Notes: generated by a model not told the origin, from the sequence alone. Shown: positions 9,646 to 19,865, counted from the stretch's first letter. The stretch is 50,228 nt of DNA from Ruania sp. (GCA_035303065.1 DATGRZ010000069.1:1-50228), one strand, 5' to 3'. Program-made: numbers and translations.

Positions 9646-10800
9646 GTGAGCCGACCCAGCACCACACCTGCACCCGGTCCTGTCCGCGGCCTGGTGATCG
9701 ACGGTCTGGTGGCCGCGTTCCTGCTCGCGCTGACGCTGGTCACGCTGCCGTTCGTGGCCTCCTGGCAGCTGCAACCCGACCACCCCCACCTGGGAATCGA
9801 CGCCGTCGCCCTCGTCCTGGTCGCGGCAGCGGCCACCACGGTGCGGCGGCGGTGGCCGGTGCTTGCGATGCTCGTCGCGGTGGCTGCGACATCGCTGTAC
9901 CTGGTGCTCGGCTACCCATACGGGCCGGTGTTCACCTTTCTGGTTCTCACCGTGTACATGGTGGCCCGCCGGCTGCCCCTCGGGCGTGCGGCCGCCTGGT
10001 GCGTGCTGGCACTGGCGATGCTGGCGGTGCACCTGCTCACCGGCACCCCGATCGGACTGGCGGGACTGGGGCCGGCCACCGCATGGGTAGCGGTGCCGTT
10101 CTCGGTCGGGGTGGCGCGCCGGGCGGTCGCCGGAGCGGCAGTGCGCGAACGGGAGGCGGCAGACCAGCGCCTGGTCGATACCGAGCGGCTGCGGCTGTCC
10201 CAGGAGGTGCACGACGTGGTCGGCCACGGGCTGGCGGCGATCCAGATGCAGGCGGACATCGCCCTGCACGTGCACCAGACGCAGCCGGAGCAGATGCGCC
10301 AGGCGCTGCGCCGGATCAGCCGGGCCAGCAGTGAGGCCTTCGAAGAGCTCCGCGCCGTGCTGGCCACTGTGCACCCGGAGGTCGATGACTCCACTGCGCC
10401 GATGCCCGCGCTCGCCCGGATCGAGGATCTCGTGGAACGGGTCCGGCAGACCGGTGTGGACGTGACGCTGGAGAGCACCGGCATCCCGAACCCGCTGCCG
10501 GCAGCCGTCGACGTGGCCGCCTACCGCGTGCTGCAGGAGTCGCTGACGAACGTGGTGAAGCACTCCCCGAACCCTGCCGCCAGGGTCCGCATCGAGCACC
10601 TGCGCGAAGCGGTCCAGCTGACCGTGACGAACCAGGCGCTGGCAGCCGGTGATTCCGAGGGCATGGGCATCTCCGGGATGCGCCGCCGGGTGCTGGGCGT
10701 GGGCGGGATGTTTCTCGCCGGTCCGGACCGCGAGCGCGGTACGTACACCGTGCGCGCCCGCTTCCCCCGACACCACCGACAGCCGAAGGAGGACCTGTGA
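9646..10800 (+). CDS. sensor histidine kinase (HisKA_3)
   Basis: ERLRLSQEVHDVVGHGL H-box, YRVLQESLTNVVKH N-box, GMGISGMRRRV G-box; multiple TM segments. Confidence 0.95.
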   Translation: MSRPSTTPAPGPVRGLVIDGLVAAFLLALTLVTLPFVASWQLQPDHPHLGIDAVALVLVAAAATTVRRRWPVLAMLVAVAATSLYLVLGYPYGPVFTFLVLTVYMVARRLPLGRAAAWCVLALAMLAVHLLTGTPIGLAGLGPATAWVAVPFSVGVARRAVAGAAVREREAADQRLVDTERLRLSQEVHDVVGHGLAAIQMQADIALHVHQTQPEQMRQALRRISRASSEAFEELRAVLATVHPEVDDSTAPMPALARIEDLVERVRQTGVDVTLESTGIPNPLPAAVDVAAYRVLQESLTNVVKHSPNPAARVRIEHLREAVQLTVTNQALAAGDSEGMGISGMRRRVLGVGGMFLAGPDRERGTYTVRARFPRHHRQPKEDL

Positions 10801-11447
10801 TCTCGGTGCTGCTGGTCGACGACCAGGACCTGGTGCGCATCGGGCTGCGCACCCTGCTGGAGAACGAACGGGGCCTGACCGTGGCGGGTGAGGCGGCCGA
10901 CGGGATCGCCGCGGTGCAGGCGGCCCGGGAGCAGCGTCCGGACGTGGTGCTGATGGATATCCGGATGCCGGGGATCGACGGTCTGGAGGCCACCCGCCGG
11001 ATCGTCGCGGACCCCTCGCTGTCCCGCACGCGGATCCTCGTGCTCACCACGTTCGAGCGGGACGAGTACGTGTTCGAGGCGCTGCGCGGCGGCGCGAGCG
11101 GGTTCCTGCTGAAGAACACCCCGCCGGGCGAGCTGGTGGAGGCGGTCCGTACGGTCGCCGACGGCGGAGCTCTCCTCTCCCCGTCCGTCACCCGCACGCT
11201 CATCCAGGAGTTCACCCAGGCCGCGCCGCGGCCGGTCACACCGCACCCGCAGCTGGGGGCGCTGACCGACCGGGAGCGGGAGGTCGTCGGCCTGGTCGCC
11301 CAGGGGCTGACGAACCAGGAGATCGCCGACCGCCTGGTGCTCAGCCCCGCGACCGCCCGCACCCATGTGAGCCGAGCGATGGTCAAGCTCGGCGCCCGGG
11401 ACCGGGCACAGCTGGTGGTGTTCGCCTACCAGTCCGGGCTGGCCTAG
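10797..11447 (+). CDS. NarL/LuxR-family response regulator
   Basis: VLLVDDQ, DVVLMDIRMP, GFLLK, LTDREREV...GLTNQEIA HTH. Confidence 0.95.
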   Translation: MISVLLVDDQDLVRIGLRTLLENERGLTVAGEAADGIAAVQAAREQRPDVVLMDIRMPGIDGLEATRRIVADPSLSRTRILVLTTFERDEYVFEALRGGASGFLLKNTPPGELVEAVRTVADGGALLSPSVTRTLIQEFTQAAPRPVTPHPQLGALTDREREVVGLVAQGLTNQEIADRLVLSPATARTHVSRAMVKLGARDRAQLVVFAYQSGLA

Positions 11448-11572
11448 AGCTCGCACCACGCGCTGCACGAAAACGAGCAACGAACATGGGCCCGTTGATG
11501 TCAGTCATAGACGGGACTGCGGTGACCTGGATAGGCTCTCCGCTGGCGACGTCGCCACGGGGAGGACGTTCG

Positions 11573-14452
11573 ATGCACAGCAGCAGAACCAGGCTCGTGA
11601 CCCGGGCCGCGGCGGCCGGGGCCGTCGGCACCGCCATGGTTGCCGCGCTCCTGAGCGCGCCCGCCAGCGCGGAGGCCGCAACGCCCACGCCACCGACAGC
11701 CGGTGCACCGGTCACCGTCCCAGCACTACAGCAGTGGGAGCCTGGCGGTGAGGACTTCACGCTCGGGCCCGGGGCGATCCGCCTGCAGGTCGACCCTCGG
11801 TTCGCCGACGACCTCTCCGACGACGCCGACACCTTCGCCACCGACCTGCAGGCGCTCACCGGCCGGCGTGTGGTCGTGCAGACCAGGTCACAGCCGCCCG
11901 GACGCGGACCCGGAGTCATCTGGCTCACGCTCGACCCGACGTGGACCGAGCATGGCCCTGAGGCCAGCCGGATCACGGTGGACCACGACGTCACCGTCAC
12001 CGGCGCCACCGACCACGGTGTGTTCCTCGGCACCCGCAGCGTGCTCCAGATGCTCACGGACGATCCGGTCATCCCCGGCGGTGTTGCCACCGACTGGCCC
12101 GGATACGCCGAGCGCAGCTTCATGATCGACAACGGCCGCCAGTACTTCTCCCCCGAGTGGGCGATGCGGCAGATCCGGGAGCTCGCCTACCTGAAGTACA
12201 ACGAGTTCCACTGGCACATCGCGGACAACGCCGGCTTCCGGATCGAGTCCCGCACGCACCCGGAGATCGTCTCGCCGGAGCACTGGACCCAGGAGCAGGT
12301 CACCGAGCTGGTGGAGTACGCCGCCCAGTACCACATCGAGATCATCCCGGAGATCGACATGCCTGGGCACATGCAGTACGTGCTCCGCGAGCACCCCGAG
12401 CTGCAGGTGGTCGATGCCGACGGGAACCGGAACACCCGCAACCTCGACCCCACCAATCCCGAGGCGCGGCAGTTTGCGCAGGAGATCCTGGACGAGCTGA
12501 TCCCGCTGTTCCCCGGCCGATACGTGCACACCGGAGGTGATGAGTTCACCAGCGACTGGGACGCCTACCCGGTGCTCACCGAGTGGGCCCAAGACCGCTA
12601 CGGTCCGGACGCGAACTCCCGCGATGCGGTGCTCGACTTCACGAACTTCGTCAACGACGTGGTCCGCGCGCACGGCAAGACCATGCGGATGTGGAACGAC
12701 GGCGCCCAGGGTGGCGCCGTGCTGGAGGCGAACACGAACATCGTGCTCGAGTACTGGTCCGACCAGCACGGCGACGTGCGCGCCCAGGAGTTCCTGGACC
12801 GCGGCTACCAGCTGATCAACGCCAACCGGAACGTGCTCTACGACGTACCGGGAGCCACACCGACATGGAACAACCTCGACCCACGGGAGATCACCGAGGA
12901 CTGGGACATGTCCACCTGGCACGACGCCACGGCACCGAACACCACCGATCCGCACGCTGAGGGCATCCTCGGCGGGCAGATCCACCTGTGGAACGACAGC
13001 CCGGGCACGGCGACCGAGGAACAGGTCTCCGGCAGGCTGCACATGCCGCTGCGGGCCATGGCGCAGCAGCTCTGGGACTCCGAGGTGGACGGCGGATGGG
13101 ATGCCCTCGCCGGCCGCGCCTTCGTCGTCGGGAAGGACCCTCAGTGGGCTCTGCTCGACGGTCCGGAGGCGAACCTGGCCCACGGCGCCCTGGTGTGGTC
13201 CTCGGACCGGGAGCGCCCCGACTGCCGCGAGTCGATGCTCACCGACGACGACCCGAGCACCCGCTGGTGCGGCTCGAAGACCGCGCCGCAGACCGTGGTG
13301 CTGGACCTCGGCCGGGAGGTCGACCTGGGCACTGTGGTCCTGGACTGGGAGGCAGCGTATGCCAGCGGGTACACCCTGGCGGCCTCGACGGACCTGGAGA
13401 GCTGGACCACGCTGAGCGAGGTCACGGGCGGTGACGGCGACCTGGACCGCCTCGACGTGGACGGGCACGGGCGTTATCTGCGCCTGGCGATGACGGAGCG
13501 TGGCACGAAGTGGGGCTACTCGCTGTACGAGATCGAGGTCTACGCGGCCGGGGCGCTCCTCCCGCGCGACGTCCAGCTCAGCCTCGACCCCGCGGTCGTG
13601 CTCACCTCGGCAGGCGAGACCGGCAGCGCCACCCTGGCGGTCAGCAGCACCGCCGACCAGCCAGCAACCCTCCGGTGGGTGGCCCAGGCGCCGGACGGGG
13701 TCACCCTCGAGCCGTCCTCCGGGACCCTGCGAGTCGCCGCCGGGGGGAGCGCCTCGGTGGATGTGCAGGTGAGCGGACCGGTCGAGCCCGGGACGAGGGC
13801 TGTGCCGGTCGAGCTGGTCAGCCGGGAGGGGCGGGAGACGGTCACGATCGCCGAGACGGAGCTGCTCGTCACCGTGCCGTTCGCCGAGCTCGCGGACGTC
13901 TACACGAACGTGGCCGTCACCACCGACGGCGAGGAGAGCCCGCCGGGCCTGGGGACCGGGTTCGACGGCGCCGGCTCCTCCTACTCGGCGCAGGCCCTGG
14001 CCGACCAGGGCGTGACACCCGGTAGCGAGCTGGCCCGGGACGGCGTGAGCCTCACCTGGCCGGATGCGCAGCCGGGGAGCGCGAACAACGTGCTCGCCAA
14101 TGGCCAGAGCGTGCAGATCGACGCATCCGGCAGCCAGGTCGGGCTGCTCACCGCCGCCTCCTACGGTCCGGTGCGCGGAGACTGGGTGGTGCACTACACC
14201 GATGGCAGCTCCGAGACGGTCACGCTGAGCACACCGGACTGGAGCCAGTCCGACCCGGACACCTCGGCGATCGTGGCGATGCCGTACCGGAACACCCCCA
14301 GTGGGCCGACAGAGCGGAACACCCAGGTGCACTTCCAGTCCATCCCGGTGGATGCCGACCGCACAGTGCAGGCAATTACTCTGCCGACCGTCTCGGCTAC
14401 CGCGGTACGGGGTGCCCCGGCGTTGCACGTCTTCGCCATCGGAATCGGGTAG
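11573..14452 (+). CDS. secreted GH20 beta-N-acetylhexosaminidase/lacto-N-biosidase-like enzyme with F5/8C (CBM32) and Ig-like domains
   Basis: Signal peptide; FMIDNGR, IIPEIDMPGH, HTGGDE catalytic motif; D.D.STRW...DLG...WEAAYA..Y...GRYLRL...RGTKWGYSLYE discoidin domain; GGAGG before ATG 11573. Confidence 0.9.
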   Translation: MHSSRTRLVTRAAAAGAVGTAMVAALLSAPASAEAATPTPPTAGAPVTVPALQQWEPGGEDFTLGPGAIRLQVDPRFADDLSDDADTFATDLQALTGRRVVVQTRSQPPGRGPGVIWLTLDPTWTEHGPEASRITVDHDVTVTGATDHGVFLGTRSVLQMLTDDPVIPGGVATDWPGYAERSFMIDNGRQYFSPEWAMRQIRELAYLKYNEFHWHIADNAGFRIESRTHPEIVSPEHWTQEQVTELVEYAAQYHIEIIPEIDMPGHMQYVLREHPELQVVDADGNRNTRNLDPTNPEARQFAQEILDELIPLFPGRYVHTGGDEFTSDWDAYPVLTEWAQDRYGPDANSRDAVLDFTNFVNDVVRAHGKTMRMWNDGAQGGAVLEANTNIVLEYWSDQHGDVRAQEFLDRGYQLINANRNVLYDVPGATPTWNNLDPREITEDWDMSTWHDATAPNTTDPHAEGILGGQIHLWNDSPGTATEEQVSGRLHMPLRAMAQQLWDSEVDGGWDALAGRAFVVGKDPQWALLDGPEANLAHGALVWSSDRERPDCRESMLTDDDPSTRWCGSKTAPQTVVLDLGREVDLGTVVLDWEAAYASGYTLAASTDLESWTTLSEVTGGDGDLDRLDVDGHGRYLRLAMTERGTKWGYSLYEIEVYAAGALLPRDVQLSLDPAVVLTSAGETGSATLAVSSTADQPATLRWVAQAPDGVTLEPSSGTLRVAAGGSASVDVQVSGPVEPGTRAVPVELVSREGRETVTIAETELLVTVPFAELADVYTNVAVTTDGEESPPGLGTGFDGAGSSYSAQALADQGVTPGSELARDGVSLTWPDAQPGSANNVLANGQSVQIDASGSQVGLLTAASYGPVRGDWVVHYTDGSSETVTLSTPDWSQSDPDTSAIVAMPYRNTPSGPTERNTQVHFQSIPVDADRTVQAITLPTVSATAVRGAPALHVFAIGIG

Positions 14453-14526
14453 CGCCCCGATTCAACGGTGGCTGCTCACCGGGTAGTTTCGCGCAGCGAT
14501 GGTGTTCTGCCGCCTGCGCAGGTGAA

Positions 14527-15879
14527 CTACTGCGCCATGTCGAAGAAGCGCGCGTAGTGCCCCTGGAACGCCACCACGATCGTGTCCGTGGGCCCGTTGC
14601 GGTGCTTGGCCACGATGATGTCCGCCTCTCCGGCGCGGGCGGACTCCTTCTCGTACATGTCTTCGCGGTGCAGCAGGACGACGACGTCCGCATCCTGCTC
14701 GATCGAGCCCGACTCGCGCAGGTCGCTCATCTGCGGCTTCTTGTCGTTGCGGGCCTCGGAGCCACGGTTCAGCTGGGAGATCGCGATCACCGGCACCTCG
14801 AGCTCCTTGGCGAGCAGCTTGATCGCACGGGAGAACTCTGAGACCTCCTGCTGGCGTGACTCGACCCGTTTGCCGGAGCTCATCAGCTGCAGGTAGTCGA
14901 TCACCACGAGCTTCAGGTCGTGCCGCTGCTTCAGCCGCCGGCACTTGGCCCGGATCTCCATCAGCGACATGTTCGGGCTGTCGTCGATGAACAGCGGCGC
15001 CTCGGACACCCTGCCCATCGTGCGCGCCAGCCGGGTCCAGTCCTCGTCCCGCATGGTGCCCTTGCGCATGTTCTGCAGCGGCACCTGGGACTCCGCCGAG
15101 AGCATGCGCATGGAGATCTCGTTGCGGCTCATCTCCAGGGAGAAGATCACCGACGTCATCCCGTGCTTGATCGAGGCCGACCGGGCCACGTCCAGCCCGA
15201 GGGTCGACTTCCCGACGGCCGGTCTGGCAGCCAGCACGATCATCTGCCCGGGGTGCAGTCCGTTGGTGAGCAGGTCCAGGTCGGTGAACCCGGTGGGCAC
15301 CCCAACCATGCCCTCGCCCCGGTGCGAGGCGGCGTCGATCTCCTCCATCGTGGAGTTGATGACGTCCTTCAGCGGCACGTAGTCCTCTGCGGTGCGCCGC
15401 TCGGTGACCGCGTACACCTCCGCCTGGGCGGTGTTCACCAGGTCGTCGACGTCCCCGCCGTCGGTGGCGTAGCCCAGCTGCACGATCCGGGTGCCGGCGT
15501 CCACCAGGCGGCGCAGCACCGCACGCTCGCGCACGATCCGGGCGTAGTAACCGGCGTTCGCCGCTGTGGGCACCGAGGACAGCAGCGTGTGCAGGTACGG
15601 CGCCCCGCCGATCCGAGCGAGCTCACCCCGCTTGGTCAGCTCCGCCGCCACGGTGACCGCGTCCGCTGGCTCGCCGCGGCCGTACAGGTCCAGGATGGCG
15701 TCGTAGATCGCCTCGTGCGCCGGCCGGTAGAAGTCGTTCCCGCGGAGCACCTCGACCACGTCGGCGATGGCGTCCTTGGACATCAGCATGCCGCCGATGA
15801 CGCTCTGCTCGGCGGCGACGTCCTGCGGTGGGGTCTTCTCGAAGCTCTCCGGAGCGTCCGGGATCTCGGTGATGCTCAT
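14527..15879 (-). CDS. dnaB: replicative DNA helicase (no intein)
   Basis: PPQD.AAEQSV, AARPAVGKS Walker A, IDYLQL, DLRESGSIEQDAD, KHRNGPT. Confidence 0.98.
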   Translation of the reverse strand: MSITEIPDAPESFEKTPPQDVAAEQSVIGGMLMSKDAIADVVEVLRGNDFYRPAHEAIYDAILDLYGRGEPADAVTVAAELTKRGELARIGGAPYLHTLLSSVPTAANAGYYARIVRERAVLRRLVDAGTRIVQLGYATDGGDVDDLVNTAQAEVYAVTERRTAEDYVPLKDVINSTMEEIDAASHRGEGMVGVPTGFTDLDLLTNGLHPGQMIVLAARPAVGKSTLGLDVARSASIKHGMTSVIFSLEMSRNEISMRMLSAESQVPLQNMRKGTMRDEDWTRLARTMGRVSEAPLFIDDSPNMSLMEIRAKCRRLKQRHDLKLVVIDYLQLMSSGKRVESRQQEVSEFSRAIKLLAKELEVPVIAISQLNRGSEARNDKKPQMSDLRESGSIEQDADVVVLLHREDMYEKESARAGEADIIVAKHRNGPTDTIVVAFQGHYARFFDMAQ

Positions 15880-16076
15880 CCGTCACGCCCCGCTGCCATC
15901 ACCGACTCCTCCATGTTCGCCCAGCACCTCGTCCGCACACCCACACCTACCAGCACCCACCGACACCAGCGGTTCGCACCGCCGCCACCGCAACGCGGCC
16001 AGCGCCGGCACCCACCGCTCGGGCGCGGACGGCAGTGACCGTACGCACCCTCGTCCTCCTCCAGCAAACCACCCCC

Positions 16077-16216
16077 TGGGGACAACTGCGCCACCCCTGT
16101 GGACAACGTGCGGACAGAGCGGTGGATCCCTGTGCACAGCCTGTGACTAAACGTGTGGATATGTCCGTAGGATCCGCACCAGGACAGGGCTGTGGCCACC
16201 CACAGGCTGTGGACAA
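16077..16216. promoter_or_regulatory. DnaA-box cluster upstream of dnaB
   Basis: Perfect TGTGGACAA at 16098 and 16208; near-matches TGGGGACAA 16077, TGCGGACAG 16109, TGTGCACAG 16131, TGTGACTAA 16142, TGTGGATAT 16154. Confidence 0.8.
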
Positions 16217-16234
16217 AAACTACTCGGAGGATTG

Positions 16235-17569
16235 GTGGACGACACGCCGACCGGCCGCTCGCTCGATCGGCGGATCCTCGACCTCGCCGTGCCCGCGCTC
16301 GGCGCTCTGGTCGCCGAACCGCTGTTCATCCTCATCGACTCTGCAGTGGTCGGGCACCTCGGCACCGCCCAGCTCGCCGGCCTCACCCTCGCCTCCACCC
16401 TGCTGGTCACCACGGTGGCGCTGTTCATCTTCCTCGCCTATGCCACCACCGGGGCAGTGGCCCGCAAGCTCGGCGCCGGGGACGAACGCGGAGCGCTGGC
16501 TCTCGGCCTGGACGGGATGTGGCTCGCCCTGCTGCTCGGCGCCGCGCTGCTCGTGCTCGGCCTGGCCGGCGCCGAGCACGTCGTGGCGTGGATGGGCGCC
16601 TCGGCGGAGGTGGCCCCGCACGCGGTCGCCTACCTGCGCTCCTCGATGCCCGGTATCCCCGGCATGCTCGTGGTGCTCGCCGCCACCGGTGCGCTGCGCG
16701 GCCTGCAGGACACCAAGACCCCGCTGCGGGTCGCCGTGATCGGCGCCATCGCCAATGCGATCGGGTCGGTCACCCTGGTCTACGGTCTGCACCTGGGCAT
16801 CGCCGGGTCCGGACTGGCGACGGCGCTCGCCCAGATCGGCATGGCCGTCGCCCTGGGGTGGGTGGTCGTCCGGGCAGCGCTGGTGCGACAGGTGTCCCTG
16901 CGCCCGGCGGTGGGTGGCATCCTGAACAACGCCCGCGCGGGCTTCCCGCTGCTGATCCGCACCCTCACGCTGCGGGTGGCGATCCTGCTCACCGTGGCAT
17001 GCGCGACGGCGTTGGGCGAGGTGCCGCTGGCCGCTCACCAGATCGTCAACTCGGTGTGGGGCCTGGCCGCGTTCGCTCTGGACGCCCTCGCCATCGCCGC
17101 CCAGGCACTGGTCGGGCACGGGTTGGGCGCCCGCCAGCCGGACACGGTGCGTGCTGTGGTGCGCCGCTGCCTGCGCTGGGGCACCCTCGCCGGGGCCGCG
17201 CTCGGTGCGGTGATCGCGGGCCTCGGCTGGCTGCTTACCCCGCTGTTCACCTCAGATCAGACCGTGCAGCACGCCGCCGCGCTGGGGCTGGTGGTGATCG
17301 GCGTGCTGCTCCCGGTCGCCGCCTGGCCGTACGTGCTGGACGGGGTGCTGATGGGCGCCGGGGACGGCGCCTATCTGGCCTGGGCAGGGGGCATCGCCCT
17401 GGTGGTCTACCTGCCGCTGCTGCTAGCGGTGTGGGCGTGGGCGCCCGGTGGCGCGGTCGGGCTGGTGTGGCTGTGGGTCTCCTTCGCCGGCGGCTACATG
17501 GCTGCCCGGGCGGCCACCACCTGGCTGCGTGCTCGCGGTAGCGCCTGGATGGTGCTCGGAGCGGCCTGA
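16235..17569 (+). CDS. MATE family efflux transporter (DinF-like)
   Basis: LAVPALGALVAEPL..L.DSAVVGHLG, LRGLQDTKTPL, LDALAIAAQ; about 12 TM segments; GGAGG RBS. Confidence 0.93.
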   Translation: MDDTPTGRSLDRRILDLAVPALGALVAEPLFILIDSAVVGHLGTAQLAGLTLASTLLVTTVALFIFLAYATTGAVARKLGAGDERGALALGLDGMWLALLLGAALLVLGLAGAEHVVAWMGASAEVAPHAVAYLRSSMPGIPGMLVVLAATGALRGLQDTKTPLRVAVIGAIANAIGSVTLVYGLHLGIAGSGLATALAQIGMAVALGWVVVRAALVRQVSLRPAVGGILNNARAGFPLLIRTLTLRVAILLTVACATALGEVPLAAHQIVNSVWGLAAFALDALAIAAQALVGHGLGARQPDTVRAVVRRCLRWGTLAGAALGAVIAGLGWLLTPLFTSDQTVQHAAALGLVVIGVLLPVAAWPYVLDGVLMGAGDGAYLAWAGGIALVVYLPLLLAVWAWAPGGAVGLVWLWVSFAGGYMAARAATTWLRARGSAWMVLGAA

Positions 17570-17769
17570 GATCCACACGACCACGGCGACCACGGCGACC
17601 ACGCACGCACCGATGCCGACAGCACCCGGTATCTGACCGAACGCTGCTGGACCGGATCTGGCACGCGCGTGCGCGGCGCCCCCTCATCGACCGCCGTCAA
17701 CAGGGTTCTGGCCAGGCTCCGCGCCGCCAGCGAACCCGGACGAGACAGGTCGACAAGGCGGGTGAGGGA

Positions 17770-18078
17770 CTACTTCGGTTCCTCGTCCACGGCGATGTCG
17801 AAGCCCACGTTCCCGTCGTCGGCGACGTCCGTGACGGTCATGGTCACGCCGTAGGCCTCGGCCATGCCCTCTGCGGTCAGCTCGCACTCGATGGTGGCAC
17901 CGACCTCCGCCGGCAGGTCTTCCGGGCAGCTGATGTCCGGGCGCTGCCCGACCTGCTCCTCCAGCTGGTTCTCCGCCTGCTCCTCGACGTCCGCGGCGGG
18001 TACGGCCGCCTGCCCGGAGCAGGCGGCGAGCAGGGCGAGGGCAGCCAGGCTGCCGGCGGCGGTGAGGGTCTTGCGCAT
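17770..18078 (-). CDS. DUF4333 family lipoprotein
   Basis: Lipobox LAAC; CPEDL.AEVGATIEC motif. Confidence 0.85.
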   Translation of the reverse strand: MRKTLTAAGSLAALALLAACSGQAAVPAADVEEQAENQLEEQVGQRPDISCPEDLPAEVGATIECELTAEGMAEAYGVTMTVTDVADDGNVGFDIAVDEEPK

Positions 18079-18182
18079 GCGGTGATCACTCCAAGTCGTC
18101 GGGACTGATACCACGTTCGCAGGTCCGCACGCCGACGACCATGGGCAGGACTATCCAGGGGTAGAACTCCCCGGAGGCAGCG

Positions 18183-18216
18183 AAAGGCCCCGGTGCACGT
18201 TCGCACCGGGGCCCTT
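18183..18216 (-). terminator. intrinsic terminator of the rpsF-ssb-rpsR-rplI operon
   Basis: 11-bp stem GGCCCCGGTGC/GCACCGGGGCC followed by TTT on the minus strand, just after the rplI stop. Confidence 0.85.
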
Positions 18217-18232
18217 CAGACGCTGCGAGGGC

Positions 18233-18685
18233 TCAGGCCCCGGCCACGACCTGCACGTCCACAGTTGCGGAGACGTCCTCGTGCAGACGGATCTGCACCT
18301 GGTGGTCGCCGAGGGACTTGATCGGCTGGCCGACCTCGATCTTGCGACGGTCCACGGTCTGGCCACCGGCGGCGATCGCCTCGGCGATGTCCTTGGTGGT
18401 CACCGCACCGAACAGACGGCCGTTCGCACCGGCACGGACCTGCACCACGACCGGCTTGGCCTGCAGCGAGTCGCGCACCGCATGCGCGTCCTCGATGGTC
18501 GCGATGGCGTGCTTGCGCCGTGCTGCGGTGATCTGGTCGATCTGCTTCTGCCCACCCTTGGTCCACGGAGTGGCCAGGTTGCGCGGCAGCAGGTAGTTGC
18601 GGGCGTAGCCGTCCTTGACCTCGACGACGTCACCAGCGGTACCGAGGCCCGTGACCTCGTGGGTGAGAATGAGCTTGGTCGCCAT
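18233..18685 (-). CDS. rplI: 50S ribosomal protein L9
   Basis: [32 protein letters not shown]. Confidence 0.98.
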   Translation of the reverse strand: MATKLILTHEVTGLGTAGDVVEVKDGYARNYLLPRNLATPWTKGGQKQIDQITAARRKHAIATIEDAHAVRDSLQAKPVVVQVRAGANGRLFGAVTTKDIAEAIAAGGQTVDRRKIEVGQPIKSLGDHQVQIRLHEDVSATVDVQVVAGA

Positions 18686-18702
18686 GGCTGTACCTCCTTG
18701 CC

Positions 18703-18948
18703 TCAGCGAGCGGAGCTCGAGTAGGGCAGCAGGGCCATCTCGCGGGCGTTCTTCACGGCCTTCGCGATCTGCCGCTGCTCGCGGGTGGAGACACCAGTCA
18801 CCCGGCGCGCGCGGATCTTGCCGCGGTCGGAGATGAACTTGCGCAGCAGCGCGGTGTCCTTGTAGTCGATGGGGCCCTCGAGCTTGGTGGTCTTGAGGGG
18901 GTTGGCCTTCTTCTTGATGACCGGCTTACGAGAGTCTCGCTTCGCCAT
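18703..18948 (-). CDS. rpsR: 30S ribosomal protein S18 (Cys-free form)
   Basis: [26 protein letters not shown]...AREMALLPY; GGAG RBS before ATG 18948. Confidence 0.98.
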   Translation of the reverse strand: MAKRDSRKPVIKKKANPLKTTKLEGPIDYKDTALLRKFISDRGKIRARRVTGVSTREQRQIAKAVKNAREMALLPYSSSAR

Positions 18949-19002
18949 AGTGGTACTCCTTCGATGCACGCACGCCCGGTCGGGGTGCGATCAGGTGATG
19001 GT

Positions 19003-19542
19003 CTAGAAAGGGGGCTCGTCGCCGAAGCTGGAGCCACCGGTTGCCCACGGGTCGTCGGCCGGGCCGGCGTTGCCGCCGCCACCCTGGAAGCCGCCGCCCT
19101 GGTTGCCGCCGCCGTAGCCGCCGCCCTGGCTACCGCCGTAGCCGCCGCCCCCGCCGGAGAAGCCACCGCCGCCGCCACGCTGGGCGCGAGTGACCTTCGC
19201 CGTGGCGTAACGCATGGACGGGCCGAGCTCGTCGACCTGCAGCTCGACGACGTTGCGCTTCTCGCCCTCGCGGGTCTCGAAGGAACGCTGGACCAGACGA
19301 CCCTGCGCGATCACCCGCATGCCCTTGGTGAGGGACTCGGCGACGTTCTCCGCAGCCTCGCGCCAGATGGAGCAGCGCATGAAGAGAGTCTCACCGTCCT
19401 TCCACTCACCAGTCTGGCGGTCGAACTGCCGCGGGGTGGACGCGATGGTGAAGTTGGCCACGGCCGCACCCGAAGGGGTGAACCGCAGCTCCGGGTCAGC
19501 CGTGAGGTTTCCGATCACGGTGATGACGGTGTCGCCTGCCAT
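19003..19542 (-). CDS. ssb: single-stranded DNA-binding protein
   Basis: [19 protein letters not shown], Gly-rich linker, DEPPF tail. Confidence 0.98.
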   Translation of the reverse strand: MAGDTVITVIGNLTADPELRFTPSGAAVANFTIASTPRQFDRQTGEWKDGETLFMRCSIWREAAENVAESLTKGMRVIAQGRLVQRSFETREGEKRNVVELQVDELGPSMRYATAKVTRAQRGGGGGFSGGGGGYGGSQGGGYGGGNQGGGFQGGGGNAGPADDPWATGGSSFGDEPPF

Positions 19543-19565
19543 GACGCTCCTAACGAGAGTCGCGC

Positions 19566-19856
19566 TCAGTGCGCGTCGGGTCGTATCAGCTTGGTGCGCA
19601 GGACGGACTCGTTGAGGCCGAGCTGGCGGTCGAGCTCACTGGCGAGCTCGGGAGTGGCGTGCATGTCCACGACGGCGTAGATGCCCTCGGACTTCTTCGC
19701 GATGTCGAAGGCCAGCCGGCGCCTGCCCCACACGTCCGTCTTGTCGACGGTCCCACCACCTGAGGTGATGACGTTCAAGAACTTCTCGAGCGCAGCCGGG
19801 ACGGTCCGCTCGTCGAGCTCCGGGTCAAGGATGACCATCAGTTCGTAATGACGCAT
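19566..19856 (-). CDS. rpsF: 30S ribosomal protein S6
   Basis: [30 protein letters not shown]. Confidence 0.98.
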   Translation of the reverse strand: MRHYELMVILDPELDERTVPAALEKFLNVITSGGGTVDKTDVWGRRRLAFDIAKKSEGIYAVVDMHATPELASELDRQLGLNESVLRTKLIRPDAH

Positions 19857-19865
19857 ACGGGAACC

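Noticed and set aside
11448-11572. DasR/NagR operator upstream of GH20
   Set aside because: No convincing match to the dre palindrome.
11888-14428. 846-aa minus-strand ORF
   Set aside because: Antisense shadow of the GH20 gene.
14527-15879. Intein in dnaB
   Set aside because: 450 aa with contiguous motifs; no insertion.
16077-16216. DnaA-box cluster as oriC
   Set aside because: No dnaA/dnaN and no AT-rich unwinding element; gene order places oriC beyond trxA.
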